This document shows, piece by piece, positions 1 through 11,302 of a DNA stretch of 43,923 nt; position 1 is the stretch's first letter, and every line of letters begins with the position of its first letter. Below the pieces are notes generated by a model. The model made no database searches. It worked only from the letters and a program-made list of their open reading frames with translations, and had not been told where the DNA came from. Source of the DNA: Macrostomum lignano (Eukaryota). Location of the stretch: the NCBI GenBank assembly GCA_002269645.1, contig NIVC01003254.1:1-43923 (forward strand), read 5' to 3'. The translations under genes were made by a program, and so were the position numbers.

Positions 1-2
1 AA

Positions 3-1774
3 CTTGAGACGCCTTCTTACATCGCTCGAGTTGTCATTCACACGGCGAAGCTGCAGACGAGGCGATGCTCAACGCCATGCACGATTTCGGCATATACGCC
101 GGTGACAGCACCTGCTATCGGCACATTTCGTCACAGTCGTTCATCACTCGATCGTTTCCTTGCGACGCAATGGCAGACAGAATTTTAATTCGAAGCTTCC
201 GTGTCAACAGCATCATGTCATTGTGCGAAATCGAAGTCTATGGAAAGCCTCTGACTTTCCAAGGGTTGGATAGCGGAGAGGCGTGAGTTAAAAACGAGCT
301 TGATCATCTGTGGCTAAGGTGGTTAATTTAGGCGAGCTTGAGTCTTTAGATTGGCATATTCAGAATGGCAGATTCAGAATGGCAGATTCAGAATAGGCAG
401 ATTCAGAATGGCAGATTCAGAATAGGCAGATTCAGAATAGGCAGATTCAGTATGGCAGATTCAGAATAGGCAGATTCAGAATGGCAGATTCAGAATGGCA
501 GATTCAGAATGGCAGATTCAGAATGGCAGATTCAGAATGGGCAAGTTCAGAATGGGTAGGTTCAGAATAGCAGATTCAGAATGGGCAAATTCAGAATGGC
601 AGACTCAGAATAGGTAGATTCAGAATGGCAGATTCAGAATGGCAGATTCAGAATGGCAGATTCAGAATGGCAGATTCAGAATGGCAGATTCAGAATGGCA
701 GATTTAGAATGGCAGATTCAGAATGGCAGATTCAGAATGGCGGGTTCAGAATGGCAGGTTCAGAATAGGCAGATTCAGAATGGCAGGTTCAGAATGGCGG
801 GTTCATAATATACTTCTGAACAAATTTTTCTAAACCAATTCAAGAGAGATTGGCTTCTCAGGTTGCTTAATGAGCTCATCGGCGGAGAACAGCAAATGCG
901 AAGACGCCACCGACCGGAATTTCGCCGTTTTCCATGGCCAGAGCGGCAAAAAGTGTGCATTGACTCTGCCGGGAGAAGAGGAGTACTCGCGGTCCTGGTT
1001 GTCCGTTTATTTAATGACGCCGACGCTAATTAAACACGTGAAAGTTTACAATCGGATGGACAAGTGCTGCAACAATTTGCTAAATAAATTTGCCATCCTA
1101 GTTAATTCAGCTAGCTGCGCTGTACACGAGTCTATTGAACCGTTTATAAGCAAGGTATTTCGATGCACTCGATTTGGCAACAATGTCAAACTGGAGAGCC
1201 GAGTGTTGAAATCGGCCATCACAGTGTGCCAAATACAGGTGTTTGGCTACAAAACGCTCTTGTATCCCGACGTAAGGCATGGTGAGTCCAACGTTTTGCT
1301 GTGTCTGCTTCAAAACAGTGATTGCTCTATGCTATGCATGTATAATGAAGCTAAAGCCCCTGGTGCCCCTGGTGCTAAAGTCCCTGGTGCTAAAGCCCCT
1401 GGTGCTGCTGTAGCGTGCAGGTTTATAACAATTCTAACTACGCCTATGAAGATGTCTGATAAAAAGCACTGATCTGAAACCCTTCTGCAATATCCCCAGA
1501 GCATAAAGGATGCTTTCATGACGATCCGGATAACCCGGAAATGGAACAAGTCATCAGCTACTCGTTTATGGAACCAAGAAAATGCCACCGAATGTGCAAA
1601 CGCCTAAACAAGCTCTACTTCGGCTTGCAAAATGGTCGAGCCTGCCTTTGCGGCAACAAGTACGGCCGGTATGGCAGCGCCGCAATAGAAAAGTGCAATC
1701 TCGGATGCGTGAGCGACGGAGGCATGGCCTGCGGAGGACGGAACTTCACCACAGTCTATGAGATTCTCGTGTGA
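3..1774 (+). CDS. Gene A: F-type lectin (FTP/F5/8C) x2 + C-terminal WSC protein, 5'-truncated by the window, with an apparent 1-nt frameshift near nt 55-62
   Basis: Exons <3..282, 845..1281, 1500..1774 (donors GTGAGT at 283 and 1282; acceptors CAAG| 844 and CCAG| 1499; phases 2 and 1 match). FTP motifs CEIEVYG, WLSVYL..VKVYNRMDKCC, VCQIQVFG. WSC: HKGCF..CHRMC..YFGLQNGRACLCG..C..GC..ACGG. Frame 3 at the window start (LETPSYIARVVIH) aligns with gene B (LENPAYVSSVRII) and then shifts frame. Confidence 0.85.
351..806. repeat. 14-15 bp minisatellite (ATGGCAGATTCAGA)n, about 30 units, gene A intron
   Basis: Directly visible tandem array with 1-nt indel variants. Confidence 0.97.
1351..1407. repeat. 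Short tandem repeat (AAAGCCCCTGGTGC-like, about 4 units) in gene A intron 1282..1499
   Basis: Visible repeat; produces the spurious APGAKVPGAK tail of the 870..1472 ORF. Confidence 0.85.
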
Positions 1775-2084
1775 ACAGTTGCGGAACACAAAAGGGAACT
1801 GTTTGTACTATTAACAAACATTTTTTTATTTGTAGGCAAGACATATTTTTTGGCAATTTTTCTACCTCTACCTGTATTTTTTACTGCAAACAAAAATTAG
1901 GACTCTAGGCTTGTCTAACACGTTAGTTTAGTTTAAGCCGCGTCAACAGTTCAATATACACGTATCGATTGACCCAGCCCTTGCGCGCAGGGGACACGTC
2001 CTGTGCCGATTTCAAATTTGGTTGCTTTTTTAGTTTTACGCTCTTATCCTTAAAATATGATAGCATTGAAATTGAGCTATAAAC

Positions 2085-3460
2085 AACAACAGCAAACTAC
2101 AGCAACCCTGGACAAGCCAAGTTTGGGTTGCTGTCAAAAGCAGAGTTGCGCAGAATAGCGAGTTCGCGAGGATCAGAAATCTCAGCGGCTCTTAGAAGCA
2201 GGACGAAACGAAACGCAGACTTCCCGCCTGACCAAGCCGCCGCGGCCCTTGAAGGGAGAGCAGCAGCGCGTCTTGAAGCGGCTCAGGGCAGCACTGCTCT
2301 GTCCGGATGACGTGGCCAACCAGTTGTAGGCGCCGTATGCGCAGCAGCTGGCTGGGTCGGGAAAGCTGGGCCTGTCGGTACAGCTCGTTATTGCTGGTGA
2401 CTGTCGGCGAGTAGTGGACGCCCAAGGCGGCTCTCAGAAGTCCAGCATGAGCTGCGTCGATCAGTGTGCACTACCAGTCAGTGTCCACGTTTCAGCGTTG
2501 TAAAAGTGGACGGTTTCTATGACGGCCTGGAACAGCCGCCCTCTCAGCCGATCCGGCAGCGCGGGGCTCTGCAGGACAGTCTGCAAGGTGCGGACTGCGC
2601 CCCAGTCAAGCGCACTGCGCCGTGCCATGTCGTCCGTGATGCTTGGCCTGCCCGTTCGTGCAGCGGCAGTCGATCTCAGCTGGGAGGTCCGGTCAGCACG
2701 GTCAGCACCATTGTCTTTTTGGTGTTTATGGACAGTCCGATCACAACGGCCGCCGCCGTCAGCTGGTCTAGCAGGCGTTGAGCTCCTTCGGCTGAGCTGG
2801 ACAGCAGCGCTAGGTCGTCCGCGTACGCTTAGACGGAGAGTCACTTCTCAAGGTGTCGCGCCTGCTTGTTCTGCGGCAGAGCAAAGATCCGTGGGAGTCG
2901 TCAGGGAGGCCGATGCGCAGTGCCCAATCCAGGACCTGGACGAACAGAAATATGTCGCAGGTGCCTCCTTATAGAATGCCGGAGGACGTGTCGAAAAGTC
3001 GGAATTAGAGGCCACCCGGCGTCATAACTGCCGCCCTAGTCTCCTGGTACGGAGCCATTACAGCCGTGATACGCGCGCAGGATGTTTGCGATGACCCGCC
3101 TCGACACCGAGTCAAAGGCCTTCAGGAAGTCCACGAAGATTCAGATGATGGCTGACTGGCGGACGCGGGCCTTTTCTAAATTTGGATCACCGTGCCTCTG
3201 CTTGTCCGGAATCTGTTTTGCTCGAGCTGGAGGAACGGGTCCAGCACCGGCTGCAGCCGCGACAGCAGAACCCTGTTGAGCAGCGCCGTGCAGGACATTA
3301 GTGAAATCCCGCGAAGCTCTTCGATCTTGACGGTACCTACTGGTTTCTTTGGGATCCTGGCGATATGCGCAGTCTGCTACTCGACAGCAGGGGCGGGGCC
3401 CCATACAGCTGGCACGAAGTCCATCACTTCCGTGACTTCCAACATCACGCGACATGTGTG
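2085..3460 (-). mobile_element. 5'-truncated, degenerate RTE-type non-LTR retrotransposon (copy 1)
   Basis: Minus-strand RT motifs TAHIARIPKK..LRGISLMS, FVDFLKAFDSV, LFVQVLDWALR, AYADDLALLSSS, FYNAETWTLT, RRLQLVGHVIR; frameshifts and stops; TTG-type 3' tail near 2085-2100. Confidence 0.9.
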
Positions 3461-3530
3461 ATAAATGTGATAACGTGTGATACGTGTGATAACATGTGAT
3501 ACGTGTGACACGCGTGATATGGGTGATACG
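3457..3530. repeat. Degenerate 9-10 bp tandem repeat (GTGTGATAC-like) at the 5' junction of the LINE fragment
   Basis: Visible repeat. Confidence 0.75.
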
Positions 3531-3589
3531 TTTGAGCTATATAAACTGTATAAAATCATAATATCAAATTAATAATAAAGGCATCCTAG

Positions 3590-3753
3590 TTCTATAATAT
3601 AATAATGATAGATTACACCCACTGCCCTAATGGTCAGATGTGCAACCGACAGCTCAGCCGCAGCTATTGCGCGGCGCATCTGAAGGCTGCGTACGGCTGT
3701 TCAGTCCAAGGACTGGGGGGGGGGGGGGGTTCCACACACACCCTCAAGTACCC
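3590..3753 (-). mobile_element. SINE family 1, 3' fragment (head and core missing)
   Basis: Near-identical to the 3' part of the copies at 11303, 19083 and 31917 (CAGATGTGCAACCGACAGCTCAGCCG..GGACTGGGGG). Confidence 0.9.
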
Positions 3754-4493
3754 CATTTACTCACTAATTAGAAATGAATTCAGAAAACCTGCAATGAGTC
3801 GAGCCGTGACATGCATTTTTATAATATTTAGGTACAGGAATTTACGTAGAATAAAATTAACCTACATGCAAAATCCGAGTTTCCTAAACAAAAAGATTTA
3901 TGAATATCAATAGAGCTATATAAGAAAGACACAACATATCAAACGACGGACATTGGGTCTGCTTCCTATCGAAAGTAATTTTTGTGCTGAAAAAATGGAA
4001 ACTACCTTTCTAAGTAGTGTGTACTTTTCGAGAAAACCTGCCTCTAAAATTCTCCAAGAAACGTAGTTTGACCCCTGCTTCTACTTGAGTAGTTCTGCAT
4101 TACAAATTGTACTAATTAAAATAATTAATTTATCGTAAGCTGCAGCTAACTATATAGTTACAAAAAGGCTATCGGACCAATCTGTGTATTTATTAATTTA
4201 ACAAAAAAGACAAAAACTTGGCTGTTAATTGAAATGACACAACTTAATAAAGATATGTCAGCTAAATACACTTAAATACACTTATGGTTCAAAATGACGA
4301 ATAACTACGAGCGTATCACCTATTTATTAATTATTCTAGCAAAAGAACATTAGCTAAGTCAATAATAGAAAACTAATGTACTCGTAAATAAATAAATATA
4401 CGTACAAATATAAATAAAAATCTTTACTTTCTACTTTAAGTAGACTACCGAAGTCCTGTATTTCATAGTTGTAGTTTCCTAGACAACAAACTA

Positions 4494-7400
4494 TTACAGC
4501 AGTTCAAATACAAGATTCCGATTATCGCCGCCGCAATACTGCAGATGCCGGCCTTCGCAGGGCATGCCGCACTCGGAGTCCGGGACTTTGCCGTGCTTGC
4601 CGAATTTGCTGCCGCACCAGCACTGCATCCCGCCTTGAATGCCGAAGTAGCGTTTGCCCAGTCTGCGGCAGATTCTGTCGCATTTGTTCACCTCCATGGC
4701 CGACAGCGACACTGGGTCTTTGAAGTCGCTTAGGTCCGGATCCTTTGGGCTGTCTTTGAAGCAGCCTTTATACTCTGCAAAATTGGGAATGTTAGGGTGC
4801 GTCAGTGAGTAAGAGCAAGTGTGACAGTGAGTCAGAACAGGTTCTCAGGTGAGTCAGAGTAGCTGTGTCAGGTGAGTCAGAGTATCTGTGTCAGGTGAGT
4901 CAGAGTAGCTGTGTCAGGTGAGTCAGAGTAGAGCTGTGTCAGGTCAGTCAGAGTAGCTGTGTCAGGTGAGTCAGAGTAGAGCTGTGTCAGGTGAGTCAGA
5001 GTAGCTGTGTCAGGTGAGTCAGAGTAGAAGCTGTGTCAGGTGAGTCAGAGTAGCTGTGTCAGGTGAGTCAGAGTAGCTGTGTCAGGTGAGTCAGAGTAGA
5101 GCTGTGTCAGGTGAGTCAGAGTAGCTGTGTCAGGTGAGTTATGGGAGCTGTGTCAGGTGAGTCAGAGTAGCTGTGTCAGGTGAGTCATAGGAGCTGTGTC
5201 AGGTGAGTCATAGGAGCTGTGTCAGGTGAGTCATAGGAGCTGTGTCAGGTGAGTCATAAGAGCTGTGTCAGGTGAGTCAGAGTAGAAGCTGTGTCAGGTG
5301 AGTCAGAGTAGAGCTGTGTCAGGTGAGTCAGAGTAGCTGTGTCAGGTGAGTCAGAGTAGCTGTGTCAGGTGAGTCTGAGTAGAGCTGTGTCAGGTCAGTC
5401 AGAGTAGCTGTGTCAGGTGAGTCAGAGTAGAGCTGTGTCAGGTGAGTCAGATTAGCTGTGTCAGGTGAGTCAGAGTAGAAGCTGTGTCAGGTGACTCAGA
5501 GTAGAGCTGTGTCAGGTGAGTCAGAGTAGCTGTGTCAGGTGAGTCAGAGTAGCTGTGTCAGGTAAGTCAGAGTAGCTGTGTCAGGTGAGTCAGAGTAGCT
5601 GTGTCAGGTGAGTCAGAGTAGCTGTGTCAGGTGAGTCAGAGTAGCTGTGTCAGGTGAGTCAGAGTAGAGCTGTGTCAGGTGAGTCAGAGTAGAAGCTGTG
5701 TCAGGTGAGTCAGAGTAGAGCTGTGTCAGGTGAGTCAGAGTAGCTGTGTCAGGTGAGTCAGAGTAGAGCTGTGTCAGGTGAGTCAGCGTAGCTGTGTCAG
5801 GTGAGTCAGAGTAGAGCTGTGCCAGTTGAGTCAGGGTAGACGCCAGGTCAGGTCTTCAGTCATTATTCATTTACAATGCTCGTAGAACTACGAGTATTTG
5901 GCGATGTGCCTAGAAAAATCCCCCTTTTTACCCCTCAACTGCTCCGGTGTCAAGGCGGCGGTGTGACCGAGAACTTGCACTTCGCAAAGAGTCACGCGAC
6001 CTGTTTTGCTCATGTGTTGAACCCGCACATTGCTGCCAAATAAGTTGCACCGAAACGACTTAATATTGAACGTAGCTGGACTGTTGTATCTGCAAATAAA
6101 TATCAATTTTTTTAAGTTTAACTTTTCATTTCAAGGGCTCAGTTTGAAGTCAAATTAAAATTTAGTAGGCAAAACGCCAGAGACACTAATAAGACACAGA
6201 GAAGCTCAAAAGTGACGCGTTTATACTAAGAGACACCTGTCCATCACATGAGACACCTGCTTTTCTCACCTAAGATATCTGTCTAAGATAAGACACCTGC
6301 TAATCACAGTAACACCACTTGTTCATCACACGGGACACCTATATATCACGTGAGATACCTGTCTACCTCATGAGACCCCTGTCCATCTAAGATAAGACAC
6401 CTGTCTACCTCATGAGACATCTGTTTATCTAACCTAAGACACCTATCCATTACATAAGACACCTGTCAATCACATCAGACACCTGTCCATCACATCAGAC
6501 ACCTGTCCATCACATCAGACACCTGTCCATCACATCAGACACCTGTCCATCACATCAGACACCTGTCCATCACATCAGACACCTGTCCATCACATCAGAC
6601 ACCTGTCCATCACATCAGACACCTGTCCATCACATCAGACACCTGTCCATCACATCAGACACCTGTCCATCACATCAGACACCTGTCCATCACATCAGAC
6701 ACCTGTCCATCACATCAGACACCTGTCCATCACATCAGACACCTGTCCATCACATCAAACACCTGTCCATCACATCAGACACCTGTCCATCACATCAGAC
6801 ACCTGTCCATCACATCAGACACCTGTCCATCACATCAAACACCTGTCCATCACATCAGACACCTGTCCATCACATCAGACACCTGTCCACCACATCAGAC
6901 ACCTGTCCATCACATCAGACACCTGTCCATCACATCAGACACCTGTCCATCACATCAGACACCTGGCACCCGACTCACCTGCCGCACCGCTGCGCGCTAA
7001 CGGTGACCGCAAAATTGGTCAAATCCTGCTGGCAACAGTCGATCCGATTGTAAAGAATAACTTGCTGCACTATCGCTGGCAGCTTAAATGAAGTGGACCA
7101 CCATTCGTACTCTCCCAGCTGGCTCATGGCGCAGTAGCCTTTGTTAGCATGCTGATGCTGGGAGTTCCCGTCCACCGCGAACCAACAGTTGTTAGTACCC
7201 TTGACACTGCTCTGATCGCAATCGGAAAGCTCTATTTTCCTGAAATATTACACAGTAGAATAAATATTCCTGGTCAGGCATCTGATATCAAGCATCTGGG
7301 ATCTGGGATCTGAGATTTGGGATCTAGGATCTGGGATCTAGGATCTGGGATCTAGGATCTGGGATCTAGGATCTGGGATCTAGGATCTGGGATCTAGGAT

Positions 7401-9110
7401 CTGGGATCTAGGATCTGGGATCTAGGATCTGGGATCTAGGATCTGGGATCTAGGATCTGGGATCTAGGATCTGGGATCTAGGATCTGGGATCTAGGATCT
7501 GGGATCTAGGATCTGGGATCTAGGATCTGGGATCTAGGATCTGGGATCTAGGATCTGGGATCTAGGATCTGGGATCTAGGATCTGGGATCTAGGATCTGG
7601 GATCTAGGATCTGGGATCTAGGATCTGGGATCTAGGATCTGGGATCTAGGATCTGGGATCTAGGATCTGGGATCTAGGATCTGGGATCTAGGATCTGGGA
7701 TCTAGGATCTGGGATCTAGGATCTGGGATCTAGGATCTGGGATCTAGGATCTGGGATCTAGGATCTGGGATCTAGGATCTGGGATCTAGGATCTGGGATC
7801 TAGGATCTGGGATCTAGGATCTGGGATCTAGGATCTGGGATCTAGGATCTGGGATCTAGGATCTGGGATCTAGGATCTGGGATCTAGGATCTGGGATCTA
7901 GGATCTGGGATCTAGGATCTGGGATCTAGGATCTGGGATCTAGGATCTGGGATCTAGGATCTGGGATCTAGGATCTGGGATCTAGGATCTGGGATCTAGG
8001 ATCTGGGATCTAGGATCTGGGATCTAGGATCTGGGATCTAGGATCTGGGATCTAGGATCTGGGATCTAGGATCTGGGATCTAGGATCTGGGATCTAGGAT
8101 CTGGGATCTAGGATCTGGGATCTAGGATCTGGGATCTAGGATCTGGGATCTAGGATCTGGGATCTAGGATCTGGGATCTAGGATCTGGGATCTAGGATCT
8201 GGGATCTAGGATCTGGGATCTAGGATCTGGGATCTAGGATCTGGGATCTAGGATCTGGGATCTAGGATCTGGGATCTAGGATCTGGGATCTAGGATCTGG
8301 GATCTAGGATCTGGGATCTAGGATCTGGGATCTAGGATCTGGGATCTAGGATCTGGGATCTAGGATCTGGGATCTAGGATCTGGGATCTAGGATCTGGGA
8401 TCTAGGATCTGGGATCTAGGATCTGGGATCTAGGATCTGGGATCTAGGATCTGGGATCTAGGATCTGGGATCTAGGATCTGGGATCTAGGATCTGGGATC
8501 TAGGATCTGGGATCTAGGATCTGGGATCTAGGATCTGGGATCTAGGATCTGGGATCTAGGATCTGGGATCTAGGATCTGGGATCTAGGATCTGGGATCTA
8601 GGATCTGGGATCTAGGATCTGGGATCTAGGATCTGGGATCTAGGATCTGGGATCTAGGATCTGGGATCTAGGATCTGGGATCTAGGATCTGGGATCTAGG
8701 ATCTGGGATCTAGGATCTGGGATCTAGGATCTGGGATCTAGGATCTGGGATCTAGGATCTGGGATCTAGGATCTGGGATCTAGGATCTGGGATCTAGGAT
8801 CTGGGATCTAGGATCTGGGATCTAGGATCTGGGTAATCACGATACTTACGGAGGCGGATACTGCAGTATGGTCGGAAATGACAGCGTGGCACCTCTCACT
8901 TGCACGTCGCACACAACAATTGCCGCATCCTCCATTGTGCTCTTGATCTCTATATAGCTTGTCAGGATATCGCAGGGAAAGGTTTTAGTCAGAAATGACG
9001 TGTTAGATAAGTGCGTGTAGCAGACCTCACCACCGCCGCTGATTGTGAACTCCATCAGGCCGTCCTGTAAGCGAAATACAAAACGCTTTATGTTCTCTAT
9101 GTATCTTGAG

Positions 9111-9163
<53 letters not shown>

Positions 9164-10188
9164 GTTTTACAAACCTTCATCCCGAGTCGTCTCCAGTCCG
9201 AGTTGATGATTCTCACGCTAGACACGTAGGCCGGGTTCTCAAGGTAGCCCTTCCAGCTAGCTTTGCTCTCGGTGTCCGTGTGGGCGCACTGGCTGAACTC
9301 GTCGCTAACAGAGTCGTCGATGGCCATGACGCAGGCGTCTGTGTTGCTGCTCTGCTCGCAGCTGCTGAAGTGCAGCTTGGCTAAATGGATTCGTAAATAA
9401 AAAAGCATTGCACAGTTATTAAAAACATTGAAATTTTACAAAAATATTCCCAAGGTGAAATATCCCCAGGGTGAAATATCTTCAAGGTGAAATATCCCCA
9501 AGGTGAAATATCCCCAGGGTGAAATATCCTCAAGGTGAAATATCCCCAATGTGAAATATCCCCAAGGTGAAATATCCCCAATGTGAAATATCCCTATGTG
9601 AAATATCCCCAAGGTGAAATATCCCCAATGTGAAATATCCCCTATGTGAAATATCACCAAGGTGAAATATCCCCAAGGGGAAATACCCCCAAAGCGAAAT
9701 GTCCTCAAGTTGAAATGTCTCCAAGGGGAAATATCCAAGGTGATATATCTCCAAGGTGAAATATCATCAAAGGGAAATATATCGAAGGTGAAATATCTCC
9801 AAGATAAAATATCGCCAAAGTGAAATATCTCCAAGATGAAGCATCCTCAAGGTGAAATATCCTCGGGTAAAAATATCCCAGAGGCGCAATATCCTCGATG
9901 TAAAATACTCAAACGGTGAGACAGCCGGAATGTTACCCAGAATCCTCAAGGACAAATGTCATCGGAGTGTGGAAAACCAAGTTCAAAGCCAAGAGCCATA
10001 AACAATAAAATCATGAATTGTACATGTTAAGAAGGCAAAGTTGATAAAAAAACAAAGAGCTCACCCTCTCCTGTCCTGCCTCCCACCATGGCGATCACTT
10101 TTTTTCTACTCTTGTAGATTCGAGTGCCAGCTGGAGCTTGAGTCAGGCTGCTCAAAATCAGGGCCGCAACGAGCCATTTTTGTTGCAT
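4494..10188 (-). CDS. Gene B: secreted FTP-FTP-WSC lectin-like protein, about 414 aa, 6 exons
   Basis: complement(join(10065..10188, 9175..9380, 8850..9064, 6979..7239, 5932..6089, 4494..4774)); all GT-AG, phases 1,0,2,2,1 consistent, 1245 nt. Signal-like MQQKWLVAALILSSLTQAPAG; FTP1 CAHT..VCDVQVRG; FTP2 CWFAVDGN..WW..LYNRIDCC..LCEVQVLG; WSC YKGCF..CDRIC..YFGIQGGMQCWCG..CGMPCEG..YCGG. Confidence 0.88.
4801..5850. repeat. 21-24 bp minisatellite (GCTGTGTCAGGTGAGTCAGAGTA)n, about 45 units, gene B intron 5
   Basis: Visible array with variants (AGAG/AGAAG insertions, CATAGGA block). Confidence 0.97.
6226..6965. repeat. 20 bp minisatellite (ACACCTGTCCATCACATCAG)n: about 25 near-perfect units plus a degenerate left flank, gene B intron 4
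   Basis: Visible array; core about 6469..6965. Confidence 0.97.
7295..8833. repeat. 14 bp satellite (GGATCTGGGATCTA)n, about 108 essentially perfect units, gene B intron 3
   Basis: Visible array; the unit is a dimer of 7-mers GGATCTG/GGATCTA. Confidence 0.98.
9115..9160. repeat. (GA)n microsatellite, gene B intron 2
   Basis: Visible, about 23 units. Confidence 0.98.
9445..9905. repeat. 16-17 bp minisatellite (AAGGTGAAATATCCCC)n degrading rightwards, gene B intron 1
   Basis: Visible array. Confidence 0.95.
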
Positions 10189-10469
10189 TACAACGATTAC
10201 AACTGACTGATCCTAGGCTTAGTTTGGAGAGCTCGAAATTTCGATTTCAAACTTCGAATAAAAAAAGGCAATGATTATTTCCTGGGTGCTCTGGTCTCAG
10301 TTAGTTCACTTGTTGTTGTCAGTTCAAACTATGTATGTTCGAGATATGCAGCACAACTATCGGCCATAGACAAAACTAAATCGTTTGATTTTGAGTAGAA
10401 AATCATAAATCAATAAAATTGTTACGTGTTCAAAGTGCATTGGACTTTCAGCATTAGCTGAGTCTGGTA

Positions 10470-11038
10470 CTCTTGTTCTCAACTCTGGCAACACCTGTTC
10501 TCAACCCTGACAACACCTGCTCTCAACTCTGGCAACACCTGTTCGCAACCCTGACAACACCTGTTCTCAACCCTGAAAACACCTGTTCTCAACTCGAACA
10601 ACACCTGTTCTCAACTCTGGCAACACCTGTTCTCAACTCTGGCAACACCTGTTCTCAACTCTGGCAACACCTGTTCTCAACTCTGGCAACACCTGTTCTC
10701 AACTCTGGCAACACCTGTTCTCAACTCTGGCAACACCTGTTCTCAACTCTGGCAACACCTGTTCTCAACTCTGGCAACACCTGTTCTCAACTCTGGCAAC
10801 ACCTGTTCTCAACTCTGGCAACACCTTTTCTCAACTCTGGCCACACCTGTTCTCAACTCTGGCAACATCTGTTCTCAACTCTGGCAACACCTGTTCTCAA
10901 CTCTGGCAGCACCTGTTCTCAACTCTGGCAACACCTGTTCTCAACTCTGGCAACATCTGTTCTCAACTCTGGCAACACCTGTTCTCAACTCTGGCAACAC
11001 CTGTTCTCAACTCTGGCAACACCTGTTCTCAACTCTTC
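10470..11038. repeat. 22 bp minisatellite (CAACACCTGTTCTCAACTCTGG)n, about 25 units, upstream of gene B
   Basis: Visible array. Confidence 0.97.
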
Positions 11039-11302
11039 AAAAATCCTCACTGAAAATTTTAGAACGTTACAAAAGCAAACAGAAACTTTTAGACGCTGCG
11101 ACAATCCCATCAACTGCATTCCTTTAGTCTGCATTGTAATGATAATTAATTTATGAATGCATGCCAACTCAGAGAACTTTAGAAAGCTTTGAACCAAACT
11201 TTGATCATAAGAGACCCAGATGGATTGTCTCAGAGCCTCTTGTACACTTGATCCACCAACTATCAAATGGAGTCGGTTTTTTTCAGAATCCTGTTTAATT
11301 CA

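Noticed and set aside
1282-1472. Collagen-like C-terminus on ORF 870..1472
   Set aside because: Read-through past the GTGAGT donor into an intronic repeat; the WSC exon joins in phase, as in gene B.
9381-9955. Several minus-strand ORFs (GYFTLGIFH..)
   Set aside because: Translations of the intronic 16-17 bp array.
351-11038. Regular repeats that might suggest CRISPR arrays
   Set aside because: Head-to-tail units with no unique spacers, no cas genes, eukaryotic context.
10473-11156. 227-aa ORF with regular repeats
   Set aside because: Translation of the 22-bp minisatellite; no non-repeat coding signal.
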